Positions 26,854 to 38,013 of a stretch of DNA of 64,000 nt are shown in pieces. Source of the stretch: Pocillopora damicornis (Eukaryota); the NCBI RefSeq assembly GCF_003704095.1, contig NW_020846500.1, forward strand, positions 186,001-250,000, given 5' to 3'. Position 1 is the first letter of the stretch. Each line of letters opens with the position of its first letter. The notes below the pieces were generated by a model. That model was given only the letters and a program-made list of their open reading frames with translations. It had not been told where the DNA came from and did not search any database. Both the position numbers and the translations under genes were made by a program.

Positions 26854-28869
26854 NNNNNNNNNNNNNNNNNNNNNNNNNNNNNNNNNNNNNNNNNNNNNNN
26901 NNNNNNNNNNNNNNNNNNNNNNNNNNNNNNNNNNNNNNNNNNNNNNNNNNNNNATAACTCGTAACACTTGTCGCTTTAAAAGCGAAGTGTATAGCCTTTT
27001 ATCAGTACCCTTCGAGTGCGAAAACTTGAGAGCATTTCTTTTTACTCACAAAATGTTTCTTTCTTTGGAGGAAACCGTCATGTTTAGTATACTAAATAAA
27101 TCTTTTATTTCGGCCATAATCGGAATTTCATTTTTGCAAGGTGTCTCATTATCATCGATTACCTATCAACGCCAGCGATAATTACTCGCTCATTGGAGCT
27201 TGAACCTTCTCCGTTCCTGTTCATTGTTTTTCTAATTGTCTGTTTTCCAAAAGTGCAGATTGGATTGTGATTCAGCGATATTTAAGCTTCCACCTCCTTG
27301 TCTTCAGTCATTTCACAGACGAGTGCAAAACATTTTCATTCGGTGTAACAATAGCCGTACCAATAGCTCTGCGGTTTGAAGTTCCATTAGTTTTTTTGCC
27401 TTTTGTGGCTATTCAGTTAATTAGCTCCCTACAACAATCGGGATCGAAACAATCGACACTTTTTGCATGTTTTTTAACACCAAACACTTGAAATTGTTAA
27501 CGTCATCTGTGTAAAGGCCAAGTTAATTACTTCCACGGCTGACTTATAATCGCTATTTAAAAGAGGCTTTCGTTCAAGAATCATGCGTCTGGCTTAGCAT
27601 GAGGTGGATTCTACTGGAGAAGGTATTCTTGCGAAACTCAATTAAAAAGCTTTTCATGCAATTCCTTGTTACGTTACAAGCTAACGGGAAGCTTTTCCAC
27701 AAGTTGTATCACCGTCTGTTAAACTCTGCGAAGAAGATAACAGTTCTTGTTGTTTAACCGACAGGAAATTTCAATCTAACTCAATAGACCATGCAAACTC
27801 GCGTTAAGGAACCAACCCTTTTTAAAACATCTCAATCAAAGAACCATCCAAAGGAGACATTGAAAAATAACTGTTTTATCGACTGAGTGCGCTTTTGTAC
27901 AGTTGCCAGAAATCATTGACTTGTGACATCAATGATTTAAGTGTGCGGTACTAGATGTTTTAAACTGTAGCTTACACGTTTTGATATTTTTCTGCTCTAA
28001 GTCAAAGCAAAATCGAATACGCATTTAACTTTTGTGCTTTTGAAAGAAAATGCATGATTGACTTGTCTTATATTTGGAATTTTTTTTTTAAATTAAAATT
28101 TATCCGCTCGTAGAGCATTTGGTTTGAATCGTCGCCGCTGTTGTCGATTTTGGAATATGTTTCTTTTGTCTTTTGGTGACTCATTGAAAAACATTTCCTC
28201 TATCGCATGAGGCAGAAGATCAAGCAAGCTTTACTGAAGAAAATGACAAAGATGAGAGTCCACTGCTGAATCAAGTTCAGGGTTTTGCTCATGTAAAACT
28301 TAATCGGAATTGATCAATAGCTCGTGTTTCGCCTGTCTCTACTGTGTTATTTTCAACAAACTAGTTTCGCCACAGGAAAATCTGTCGGCAACTCAGTTTC
28401 TTATATCAAAGCAATTCTAAGAGTTACTCGAAAATGCCATTGTTTATCCCCGCTGTCTGCATTACGCATTACACTTTAGAGCCCTCTGTACTCCGAGGTG
28501 GGGGGAGGCCCTGTGGGCATGAACGATCTTGCCTTAGACCACAACCCTCAGTTCTTAATTACTCACCAACAATGCTATGGCAGAAACTGATCCTTCTGAT
28601 GAATTCAGGTTGGAAAATATCTCTGGTGCATGGTGATAAGTTGCTGGTACTCCTACTGAAATTGAAGATCGGTTGAAGCTGTCCAAATAGTGTTGACGTA
28701 AAGTGGGCGGTCGGCTTCTGTCATAGAAGTAAACTCGTCTCGCACTCGGCAGCAGTTTTGAATTTGACCATCAACGCAGTAACATGTATTACCACAATGG
28801 TCTGAGACTTGGGCTCCTTCGTTCGAGCAGGACTGAGAATTGTTCAGACCAATGGCGTAGACAAATGGT

Positions 28870-29020
28870 TGGACATTCTAGTCTTTTCGGATAAGGACCA
28901 TAAACCGTAGCCTCAGTCTCCTGCATCTTCTCTGTACTGGTTAGCAGGGAACGTTAAAGAACCCACGCGCTTCTCGCCAAGATTGAGGGACGTAACTCCT
29001 GGTACTGTGGTCTGGTCGTG
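28870..29020 (+). mobile_element. Deu/Nin-domain SINE core remnant
   Basis: TTTTCGGATAAGGACCATAAACCGTAG...GGGAACGTTAAAGAACCCAC matches the conserved Deu/Nin SINE core (TCGGAT-x-GAC-x-AAACCG-x-G...ACGTTAAAGA-x-CCCA); a poly-C tract follows at 29035-29058. Confidence 0.6.
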
Positions 29021-29233
29021 TCATTGACTGTATACCCCCCCCCCCCCCCCCCCCCCCCATTCAAACCAGCTTTGAGCTGAACCGTGCCGTCCTGTCTGGT
29101 TATACAACGCTGTGGCAAGAAGCAGTGGGGTAAATTTATTCTTTTATCATTTGTCGTTCAGATCTCGTAACGGATTGTCTTATTATAGGAACGTCCCTTA
29201 ACTCTTCATCTTCATTTATCTTTGAATTTACTT

Positions 29234-30920
29234 TAACTGATGATTGGCTACCGTTGTCATCACATTGTAATGGACCATGATTTGGGGGAGACTGTAAGAC
29301 ACGTTAATTTTTAATACATCAAATCGACCTAATCCTTGCTAATTGGCCAGCCTAGCAACTTTTGTAGTAACGACTGTTTCATTTCGGTCCATAAATTTTT
29401 CCGACTTTTAAATATTTCAAAATATTCAGTGCGCCTCCTTGCAATACGTATTTTTTTGGCTGCTTCAAAGACAAAAGTTTCGAGAACATTTCTTAATTTA
29501 TTTTCTACGAGCTATCAGATATAAGCCAGACGCTGACAATCAAAACACTATAGACTAATTAACGTTTTTTTTCGGTAATTTTATCCTTAAAGAAATGCAA
29601 ATGATTAAAAGGCTACGCTACCAGAAGAAAACCTCAAGTCAGATACAGTCATTCAAATCATACGAGTAAATCCTTTGCACTGCCTGACTCAAATCAGATT
29701 TCCCCTTCTAAATACAATAGCCATTTAAATTCAATCAGCACCTGAGAGCAGCTCCAAACTGATCACTGCGCGTGGTAATAAGTGCGAATTAGCTTCATCA
29801 AACTTAGATTTCTTTCATCCGATGATATATATGTCCTATTGCATACGGGTCAAGCTTTTCTCAACAAAACGAGAGAAAAAATTTTTGAGTTTTAGTATTA
29901 ATGTATGCTTCTATGATATAAACAGCAGCCGTTTGTTAGCTGATACAGGTGTCGAACCCTTCCCGAGTTGAAGTGAATGCTTCACACTTTATGATTTAAA
30001 GCGAACGAATCTCCCAAGAGGACGAATCTTTGGGATGATGAGTAAAATCCTGAGATGGACGCCGAATTTAAACTCGATGTAGAGAATAATCCAGACTTGA
30101 TGAGATATACTGGTTGTGGGTAAAAGCAAGCGTTTCCATTGGATACTCAAGATGCTAAATCAAAACACGCTGACATAAAAGGCAATAGTTATTAATCCGT
30201 TGTTTGTCCTCGTGTCCCAAACATAGGCTCTTAAGACCTGTGTGGTTTGAAATCAATCCCAAAACGCCAGCAGCGATGCTTGTTCTGAATAAAAACTCGA
30301 GTGACTGTTAGTTGAGGAGTTCATATGAAGGACAAAAAAATAGGTAAACACCTTGGATAAACGTTATTACCGGGATATAAAATTTTATATTATCTTAAGC
30401 CTTGATTTCTGTTGTGTTAGCCTATAAAAATTCAAGGCATAATCCCTTGTAAAGACAATGAGATCAAAGAGTTTCCTATTGAAGAACACTAGAAACACTC
30501 TGTGGTCGCAACTGCTATCGATAATTCCAGTGAAATTTGGCTCAAGGATGCATTATTGGGATTCCTTGAGCCACTTAAATTTAATTTTCAGCGTCAAATG
30601 TAATTAGATAAATCCCACAACTAAGAAATTGTGGGGATGGCATCACTGCATAATCGTTGCTCTTATGTGTTTTCGACGATTAAAAGAAGTAAAATAGCTT
30701 AAGAATGCTTCACACCTTTGCTAACCGGCTACATTTTCTTGCCAGCAACTCAGATGATTAAATAGATCCTCTTAATAATCCGGGGTATGATTCTTTCTTG
30801 TGATCTATTTCTAAGGGTGTTCCATTGTGTTAAACGTAGAAAAGAGGCTCGAATTAATCGATGAACTTCTCACTCTATAGCCTGGATATCTGATGAAAAT
30901 TTGCCCAGTATTATAAAACG
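29234..30920 (-). repeat. ~1.7-kb inverted duplicate of 35839-37606
   Basis: The reverse complement of 30901-30920 (CGTTTTATAATACTGGGCAA) occurs at 35839, and the reverse complement of 29234-29280 matches 37560-37606; collinear in between with small indels. Confidence 0.92.
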
Positions 30921-31687
30921 NNNNNNNNNNNNNNNNNNNNNNNNNNNNNNNNNNNNNNNNNNNNNNNNNNNNNNNNNNNNNNNNNNNNNNNNNNNNNNNN
31001 NNNNNNNNNNNNNNNNNNNNTTCGCAACGCCTTTTGTGAGCAAGGTAAGAGAAGGTTGTTGTTTCAGGCGCTTGACTGACAAAGCATGGAAAGTTTGACG
31101 TGATCCTGTATCTTAAACACAAAAGGAAACCTGCCATAATCTATTTTCCCTTAGTTTTGTTTCCTTTGGATACGTTTTATTGACATAATGTATTTGTTCC
31201 AATCAAAAACATCAATGTTTTCTTTGTCACTTTATCTTTAGATCGCCTTTATTTAATTATGTTTGGTGTTTCGTTCGCTTTTTGTTTCTGTCATGAGACT
31301 TGACCTACGGCATGACGTCATTCTAGAGCTTTCGTCACAAAATAAATTCTCAATGCCTTCAGTTTATCTTTCGCAACGCCTATTGTGAACAAAGTAAGAG
31401 AGCGTTGTTGTTTCAGGCGCTTGGCTGAAAAAACATGGAAAGTTTGACGTGATCCTGTATCTTAAACACAAAAGGAAACCTTCAATAGTCTATTTTCTCT
31501 TACTTTTGTTTCTTTTAGATACGTTTTATTGACATAATGTATTTGTTCCAATCAAAAACATCAATGTTTTCTTTGCCACTTTATCTTTAGATCGCCTTTA
31601 TTTAATTATGTTTGGTTTACTTGAACTGAATTAAATACGTTAAGCCTTCTTAATAAACGCGAGGAAATGCCCGAAACTTCAAATAAT

Positions 31688-31830
31688 CTGGGAGCAGTTG
31701 TTGAAAGAGCGGATAACTGACTACATAACTATAAATCGCTATCCAGTGGATAAGTGTTCACAAAACGTACTGCGCTATCCATCGGATAGAGACAGTGGAT
31801 AGCGCTATTCAGCCTTTGAACAACTTGGAC
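31688..31830. mobile_element. Short MITE with internal ATCC-N3-GGAT palindromes (second copy at 34451-34573)
   Basis: Termini CAGTTGTTGAAAG / CTTTGAACAACTTGG; repeated TATCCAGTGGATA-type units. Confidence 0.6.
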
Positions 31831-32324
31831 TTGTGTTCTAAACACGCATTTCCTTTGCAAGGTTTTGATAGTTCATTTAATGTATGTTTAAGACTTGGCC
31901 AATCAGCGTCGGTCCTCTGGTTTAATTTTTACAGTTTTGCTGTTTATACCTCCAGTGGTTGTGGACTTTCACTTCACAAAATTAATTGCTTTAGCACACT
32001 GTTAAATACCAAAATGTTGTAAGATTATAGTAGATATTTCAAGTCACGTCACTTTAGTCAAGACAATGATTTAGTTGAGACTTGTTCTTAAATAGAGGTC
32101 GAACTATTTTTTTTGTTGTTCTTTGAGTTTGGCAAAGTGTGAATCAATCAGGGCAAGGTCAAATCGAGGTGCTTCTCAATTTTTGGTAATAAAAACTGAT
32201 TCTGTCAAGCTGTTCATTAGCCATCTATCAAATGCACTGAAGCAGTGAATATTTGGGGTGTTCGGGACAATTTCCTCTTAAAACTAACTTTAGAGAAAGA
32301 TTTCGATATTGTCTTCTAAATTCC

Positions 32325-32444
32325 GGCCCGGTTGTTCGAAGGGGGATAGCATTATCCGGTGGATAACGCTATACGTTTTTCTATCCGCTGGACAGAGATT
32401 TATCCGTTGGACAGCGTTATACGCCCTCTAATGCAACTTGGCCC
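32325..32444. mobile_element. MITE of the same ATCC-N3-GGAT family (second copy at 34741-34879)
   Basis: GGCCCGGTTGTTCGAAGGG...GCAACTTGGCCC inverted termini; internal ATCCGGTGGAT and ATCCGCTGGA units. Confidence 0.6.
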
Positions 32445-32751
32445 AAGTGACAAGAAGAGAGCTAAATGCAACATAAAATGTAGAATTGGAAACCTCTCAT
32501 TACCGGGGAGTCTAATTTTGATGAGCAGAGTAAGAGTGGCTCTGATTTCACTCGATGGTGAATTTTACACTAAATATACATGCTAATACCCGTTTTTTGT
32601 ATGAATATTTAAACAATAAACATTCACTGTATAAATCCTTTACATTTACCTNNNNNNNNNNNNNNNNNNNNNNNNNNNNNNNNNNNNNNNNNNNNNNNNN
32701 NNNNNNNNNNNNNNNNNNNNNNNNNNNNNNNNNNNNNNNNNNNNNNNNNNN

Positions 32752-35089
32752 ATAATTTAGCGACGGTTTGCGTTTGTTAAAACCCACAGCGTCCCTTCGC
32801 GGTGTTCAACGACATTTATCAAAACGGTAAACATTTTGTAAAGGCAAAAATTCAAAAGAAGAAAAGGCAGGATGGGAAAAGTAAAATTATCACAAAAAAA
32901 AAATTTAACATTTTTAAAATCATTTAGAAACCTGCGCAAACAAGAGAACGCCAGACTCGTCGTAAATTATTCGGTGATTAATGAAGAATTTGCCAGAAAC
33001 CGGGAAAGTAAAAATGCCATTTGTTATTACATATGTTAATTTTGCATTTTTTTCTTCTTTCAGCGTTTGTGTGTTCCTTTCCTTTAAAAGCAAAGAATAT
33101 CTTATATTCAGAGGCTGATACTACAAAGGTTAGTCTGAAATGTTTATAACATATTTCTGTTCGCCAATCAGCCTTCTTTCAGCACAATGAGGGCTAACAT
33201 TAGAGGAAGAGTCTGTGAAGTTATAGTTTTACAATATGGAAAACAGAACCGAATACCGAAAAGTAGCATCATATAATGACTGATTTTAAAGATTCTATGG
33301 GGGCTGCACACTTTTGGCGAGACCTGCGAAGGATTCAGATACGAAGACATATTAGCCAATCACGTAGCACGAACAAAAGTCACCTCTAGAGGACGTTGTC
33401 ATATGGTATTGTCATTGCGTTTCCTACAAAAACATCCTACCGCTCACTACGTCTTGTTCTTTTCCGCAAAGAAATTTAGACTGTCGAAATAAAGTCGTTT
33501 CTTGAAAACAACTGGGATTTCAGATTGTCATGCCTTACCCACATTGAGATACTTCTAGTTTCCATTTCCCCACGCAGGACACTTTGTTAAGTCTTGTATT
33601 TAGCAGGACTTTTTATTTATGGACTTACAAAAAGTTCTTGTTCATAACAAATGCTTTAGAACCAGACCTGTGTATGGGAGGTTTGGCCCCTTCTAGCGGC
33701 AAATGAATATTACTTTAATTGAACAAACTTTATGTAAATATGCGCTTTGTTGTAGAATTTAGATCCCCAGGTTAGTTCGAGAATAAGTTTGAGGAGGATT
33801 ATTTCTTGATGTATTAGTGATTCGATACAGATCCTTAAAATCGAATGAATTAGCAAAAAAAGAGAGGCATAGTTGTTTGACTGAACTAAGCCGTAGAAAC
33901 TTTATCAACAAAGAAGAAACCTGTGAAAAGCAAGAGTCTGTAAATTTCATATTTGCCTTAGCAAAACCTAATATTGGTCTTGGGTTTTTGTTTCTGTCAT
34001 GAGACTTGACTTACGGCATGACGTCATTCTAGAGCTTTCGTCACAAAGTAATATCTCAATGCCTTCAGTTTATCTTTCGCAACGCCTTTTGTGAGCAAGG
34101 TAAGAGAAGGTTGTTGTTTCAGGCGCTTGGCTGACAAAGCATGGAAAGTTTGACGTGATCCTGTATCTTAATCACAAAAGGAAACCTGCCATAATCTATT
34201 TTCCCTTAGTTTTGTTTCCTTTGGATACGTTTTATTGACATAATGTATTTGTTCCAATCAAAAACATCAATGTTTTCTTTGTCACTTTATCTTTAGATCG
34301 CCTTTATTTAATTGTTTGGTGTTTCGTTCGCTTTGTAGTTTGTAAAATAAACATGCGAATTGTATCAAATTATTTAATTTACATGAACTGAATTAAATAT
34401 GTCAAGCCCTTCTTAATAAATGCGAGGAAATGCCCGAAACTTTAAATAACCTGGGAGCAGTTGTTCAAAGAGCGGATAATATCCAATGAATAAGTGTTCA
34501 CAAAACGTACTGCGCTATCCATCGGATAGAGACAGTGGGTAGCGCTATTCAGCCTTTGAACAACCGTGGCCTGTATTTTAAACACGCATTTCCTTTGCAA
34601 GGCTTTGATAGTTCATCGGTGTTCGGGACAAATTCCTCCTAAAACTAACTTTAGAGAAAGGTTTAGAAAGAAAGATTAAGGAAGCAAAATTAACTAACTA
34701 ATCTAGAGCCATTTAAATACAGATTGTCTTCTAAAATTCCGGCCCGGTTGTTCGAAGGGGGGATAAAACTATCCGCTGGATAAACCTCTATCGCGTGGAT
34801 AACGCTATACGTTTTGGTATCCACTGGATAGCGATTTATCCGTTGGACAGCGTTATACACCCTTTATGCAACTTGGCCCAGGTGACAAGAAGAGAGCGAA
34901 ATGCTACATAAAATATAGAATTGGAAACCTCTCATTACCGGGGAGTCTTATTTTGATGAGCAGAGTAAGAGTGGCTCTCTGGTTTCACTTGGTGATGAAT
35001 TTTACACTATATACACGTGTTAATACCCGTGATTTATATGAATATTTAAACAAATAAACATTCACTGTATAAATCCTTGGCATTTACGT
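32752..35089 (+). repeat. Contiguous second copy of the segments at 23980-25398 and 31021-32651
   Basis: Collinear matches described for those features. Confidence 0.88.
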
Positions 35090-35838
35090 GTAGAGTATCC
35101 TTGTCAGCAGTATTAGAATGGCTATCTGATTAGAGAAGATAGTCACGATGAGGCTTCTGGTTTTTGCAATTGCTGAGTTTTAGATTTTTAAACGCATTGC
35201 TTCACAGAAATTCCTTTACAGTTCTTGCACTTTTATGACTTTTGACCATAAAAATGAGCATGGACGTATAGCTTCTTGGAATTTTTATTCTTTTGGTGTC
35301 ACCTGGCATCCAAAATGCAAACGAATTCCTTTAGATACTAGCATTACGAAAACATTTCCCTGACATCGATTTAAGTACATTTGATGAAAAGAACAAATTT
35401 GGTTTATTTGCGACTGTCCAGCGTCTCAGTGGTCCTATGCCATTAATTGCCCAATATCTTGTGGTCCGGCGTTACCTCACCAAGAGACTACGGGATAATA
35501 TTCACAGAGGCGAAGGACACCAATTTGTCTTTTGTTGTTGCTTTTGATTACAAGAACAACTTCACTGTATTTAAAATAGTTCTGCAAGACTAGTAGGTAA
35601 CACCGCGAAATCGCAGAAACCGTTTTGAAAATGAGTGCTTCGCTATGACAATCACCTTGCGTTGGGTCATCATTCCATGAAATGAGCTTATCTCCCAACA
35701 ATCAGAACGCACTTCTTTATAATCTCCAAGATAAATTACCAAATTGAGAAAAGGGATAGGTATACCTCAAAAAATTAGTTGTCAATAACAAGAGAGGGTG
35801 GTGTATAATCTGGAATAATTGCACAACGGTTGCACAAT

Positions 35839-37606
35839 CGTTTTATAATACTGGGCAAATTTTCATCAGATATCCAGGCTATAGAGTGAGAATTTCATCG
35901 ATTAATTCGAGTCTCTTTTCTACATTTAAAACAATGGAACACCCTTAGAAATAGATCACAAGAGAGAATCATACCCGGATTATTAAGAGGATCTATTTAA
36001 TCATCTGAGTTGCTGGCAAGGAAATGTAGCCGGTTAGTTAAGGTGTGAAGCATTCTTAAGCTATCTTACTTTCTTTTAATTGTCGGGAACACATAAGAGC
36101 AACAATGATTATGCCATGATACCATCCCCACAATTTCTCAGCTGTGGGATCTATCTAATTACATTTAACGCTGAAAATCAAATTTAATTGGCTAAAGGAA
36201 TCCCAATAATGCATCCTTGAGCCAAATTTCACTGGAATTATCCATACCAGTTGCCACCACAGAGTGTTTCTAGTGTTCTTCATTAGGAAACTCTTTGATC
36301 TCATTGTCTTTACAAGGGATTATGCCTTGATTTTTATAGGCTAACACAACAGAACTCGAGGCTGTAAAAAACGTAAAAGTTTATATCCCGGTAGTTACGT
36401 TTTTCCACGGTGTTTACCTACTTTCTTGTCCTTCATATGAATTCCTCAACTAACTTTTACTCGAGTTTTTATTTAGAACAAGCATCGCTGCTGGCGTTTT
36501 GGGATTGATTTCAAACCACATAGGTCTTAAGAGCCTATGTTTGGGACACGAGGACAAACAACAGATTTATAACTATTGCCTTTTATGTCAGTGTGTTTTG
36601 ATTTAGCATCCTGAGTATCCAATGGAAACGCTTGCTTTTACCCACAACCAGTATATCTCATCAAGTCTGGATTATTCTCTACATCGAGTTTAAATTCGGC
36701 GTCCATCTCAGGACTTTGCTCATCCCAAAGATTCGTTCTCTTGGGAGATTCATTCGCTTTAAATCATAAAGTGTGAAGCATTCACTTCAACTCGGGAAGG
36801 ATTCTACACCTGTATCAGGTACTCACAAACGGCTGCTGGTATCAGAGCAGGTACGTGTAAATTGCATGCATCTACATCGAAGTCATTCCAATGTTTATAT
36901 CATAGGAGCATACATTAATACTAAACTCAAAACTTTTGCACAATCTCTCGTTTTGTTGAGAAAAGCTTGACCCGTATGAAATAGGACACATATATCATCG
37001 GATGAAAGAAATCTAAGATAAGAATAGCATTATGATTTTGACTTTGACGAAGCTAATTCATACTTATTACCACGCGCAGTGATCAGTTTGGAGGTGGCTG
37101 TAAGGTGCTGATTGAATTTATATGGCTACTGTATTTAGAAGGCAAATCTGATTTTAGTCAGACAGTGCAAAGGATTTACCCGTTTGATTTGAACGACTGT
37201 ATCTGACTTGAAGTTTTCTTTTAAAGTAGTCTTTAACCATTTTAAGGATAAAATTACCGAAAAAAAACGTTCATTAGTTTACAGTGTTTTGATTGTCAGC
37301 GTCTGGCCTATATCTGATAGCTCGTAGAAAATAAATTATAAAATGATTTCGAAATTTTTTTCTATGAAGCAGCAAAAAAATACTATCGCAACGAGGCGCG
37401 CTGAATAGTTGGAAAAGGTAACAAAGACTTAAAAGTCGGAAAAACCCATGGACCGAAATGAAACAGTCGTTGCCACAAACGTTGCTAGGCTGGCCAAGTA
37501 GCAAGGATTAGGTTGATTTAATGTATTAAAAATTAAGGTGTTCTACAGTCTCCTCCAAATCATGGTCCATTACAAAGTGATGACAACGGTCGCCAATCAT
37601 CAGTTA
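35839..37606 (+). repeat. Partner arm of the inverted duplication, ending ~400 bp upstream of the protein B start codon
   Basis: Reverse complement of 29234-30920, with extra segments at ~36839-36893 and ~37017-37043. Confidence 0.9.
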
Positions 37607-38013
37607 CTCTTTACTAAAAAAATTATTTTCGCCCAAAAGGCGAAATAAAACGGTGTTGTTGAACGTGTGGTTTACATAAAGAGTGAACGGAATGACGATT
37701 CCAAACCATCTGAAGGTGTTTCGTTTGTTTGGAGCCACCACTTTTGCTTAATTTGTGCACGATTTAAGAGTCACTACCCCATAATCTTCCACAATGAATC
37801 GTTTAAAGCTTTAGTTTCACATGAAAAGTGGAAGTTATGATAGTACTTTGGAATCGCTGGAGGTGGCTAACATGATTCCAAATTAGTTACAGAGGTTTCC
37901 TTTTATTTATTTTTTTTTAACATGGAGGTCAAACCATTTTCTTGACTTGTTATTTTGCGTTATTCAATTTCTGTTCAGCATACTTTTTCACCTAAACCTC
38001 GCAGAGCTTAGCA

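Larger units (their letters stand above)
31021..32651 (+). repeat. Direct duplicate of ~33985-35089, containing an internal 349-bp tandem duplication and a ~380-bp extra segment
   Basis: TTCGCAACGCC...GTGATCCTGTATCTTAA occurs at 31021, 31370 and 34076; the downstream match continues to the gap at 32651. Confidence 0.9.

Noticed and set aside
28596-28620. CTGATGA...GAAA as a second hammerhead ribozyme
   Set aside because: No stem II pairing between the core boxes and no convincing stem I or III.
25162-32787. ORFs containing runs of X
   Set aside because: Artefacts of translating through N gaps.
29234-37606. The 1.7-kb inverted repeats as TIRs of a large transposon such as a Polinton
   Set aside because: The enclosed DNA encodes nothing and is itself duplicated flank sequence, and one inner end coincides with a gap, so a misoriented contig explains it better.
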